DNA from: Chiloscyllium plagiosum
Lineage: Eukaryota
Length of the DNA: 64,000 bases
Direction: 5' to 3'
NCBI RefSeq assembly: GCF_004010195.1
Contig: NC_057749.1
Span: 26,272,591 to 26,336,590 of the forward strand
Made by a program: the position numbers and the translations under genes
Part shown: positions 61,916 through 64,000 of the stretch, in pieces
Layout: every line of letters starts with the position of its first letter
Position numbering within the stretch: the stretch's first letter is position 1
The notes under the pieces: model-generated
Seen by the model: only the letters and a program-made list of their open reading frames with translations
What the model was told of the DNA's origin: nothing
Database searches by the model: none

Positions 61916-64000
61916 CCATTGTGTCATTCGTGTGTGGCCTGTTGTGTAGTGATAAGGTCACTGGACAGATACCCAGGCTAATGCTTTCGATAGGCAAAAG
62001 TGAAGACTGCAGATGCTGGAGAACAGAGTCAAGAGTGTGTTGCTGGAAAAGCACAGCAGGTCAGGCAGCATCTGAAGAGCAGGAAAATCGAAGATTTGGG
62101 CAAAAGCCCAATGCTTTAGATAGTTCCTCTAACATTTCTGCCTTTACTCAGCAGGTCTAGCGGCACTTGTGGAGAGAGTGAGAGTGAGTTCTCTTCAGAA
62201 CTGAAAGGCAGTGGGAAAAAGATGGTTTTTATCTCGTTGACAAATGGGGAGGACAAGAAAATGGAACAGACAAAGGTGCTCAGAACATAGGTGAAACAGA
62301 TTGCTCATATTGCTTGTCGTAATGGGAGAGCCCACAGATAAGGGAGCAGTGAGGCCATGGAAAGTTTGTTTACAAAGATTAAGGTAGTTGAATTCACTCA
62401 AAAATTCCCCAAGACTGGTTACGATTTGATTCCTGAAAGAATTATTACACCATAACATATGATTTCTACCAAAATCTTTGCCTGTTTAGTTTGTTTCTTC
62501 AAGTGGAATATCATTGTAAAACTTTTATTACAACTGTTCTTGTCAAGCTAACTGAGGGGGGGAAAAAGTTAAAATTCAGCAATCATTCTATTTTAAAACT
62601 ATGACCCCTTGGTTTGGAATGTTTACTTTGTTGAATCAGTGCAAGCCTGGGCAGGCTGTGCACAAAACACGCCCACCATCTGCAGTTTTCTTGTATGGTC
62701 TTAGAACCCATGACTGCCTGGTTGGACAGTTCACTAGTATATAATGGGCACTGTCACTATTCGGGTGCCAGATCTCAATCTTCAGTGTGACCAAACAATT
62801 GGGTCTTGGGATGGAAGATACAAGTCCCTGCTGATTTTTGTCGGGTTGTGAGTGGCCAATGGCTTAATGTTGTGCCATCCCAATTACCTTTGCATAAACA
62901 CAAGCCACAATCTTTCACAAGACCTTTTTCAATATTAATAAGACTAAATTTTTTTAATGGCTTGGACTGGAATGTTCAAGGTACAGGTAAACATGTCAAA
63001 GTTGGTATTTTGAATGCGCAATGGTTGTGGAGATTGGCCATCAGAGTTGGTATTTCTTTAACAAAAACAAATTGCTGGAAAAACTCAGTCAGTCTGGCAG
63101 CATCTGTGGAGAGAAATCAGAGTTAACTTTTCGGGTCCAGTGACTCTTCCTTGCAGCAGTTTCTGTTTTGTTTCTGATTTCCAACATCTGGAGCTCTTTT
63201 GTTTTTTATTTGTTCTTTCCAAACTCTGATTCATAAGTTGCTTCCGGGTCTTCAGTGTTGTTTAGACCCAATCCTGTTTCGGGATGTAATCACTCTGTTA
63301 CATGGGCCCACCCCTTCCCTGCCACATGAGTTTGGAAAGATGAAAAGGGTGATGCTACTGTTTGTGAATTCGCATCTGGACTGAAGTGCCATATTGCCAA
63401 AAATTTCACTCTTCAAGCTCAACTACACAATGAAATTCGCTTGGCATTCGTACTGTCAGCATGGTGTTGCTGCAGTGCAAGAGTGCCAGTCTATCTGCCT
63501 TCTTAACAATGTAACTCCATGTTACAAAATGACCAACACCATATAAATGCAGGAGTTGTGTATAATGGGCGATTGTGAAGATAGGTCAAGAGGTCTGCCT
63601 TTGAAACAAAGGCACCTGTAGAGTGTTTTGACCTTTATTGGAGTCCATACATAACTATTCACATGTACCTTAGCTTTATCAGGAGAACGTAGTCTGTTAT
63701 TGTCACTTATGCAGCAATCCCTCAGTTAGTTCACCCAGAATTAAAATGTGATAACTGACTCTGAACAACCAGCTTACATTTCAGTGATTGCCATGTTGTC
63801 TTGTAAAGATGATCAATTAGGCCAGTGGTTCATCTAGGAAAATTAAAACTGACTTCCAGATTAAGATTTTTTTTTCTAATCAACCTGTTCAATGATGTTA
63901 TTATAGATCTCCGGAATAGGTGAGGATTTGAACTCGGGCCTTAAGTGGTGTCAATTTAAGAATTAATTTGTTTTAACTAATTCCAGTGTTTCGCATGTCA

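Overview
Eukaryotic, repeat-rich vertebrate DNA, most likely a shark (inferred from HE1/V-SINE-type SINEs, abundant CR1 LINEs and Penelope-derived short elements). The only host protein-coding sequence I can support is the 5' part of neuroplastin (NPTN) on the minus strand. It has a signal-peptide exon (35924-36017), a 31.6-kb intron 1 and the 348-bp Ig1 cassette exon specific to the Np65 isoform (4004-4351). The GC-rich NPTN promoter carries a perfect TCTCGCGAGA palindrome and sits between two different minisatellites. A second, divergent promoter-like island with a splice donor lies at about 58560-59099; by vertebrate synteny it could be the non-coding first exon of CD276, which is inference only. 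The rest is mostly decayed mobile DNA: several CR1 LINEs, a Gmr1-type Ty3/Gypsy LTR element with integrase before RT nested in a CR1, an RTE fragment, tRNA-derived SINEs, and Penelope-derived elements carrying minimal hammerhead-ribozyme motifs. The most interesting observations are these hammerheads (one tandem pair 168 nt apart), two locally templated insertions, a ~1-kb foldback structure, and inverted CR1 copies flanking the alternatively spliced exon. I found no clearly new protein-coding system. Repeat boundaries are approximate and family names come from motif recognition, not database searches.
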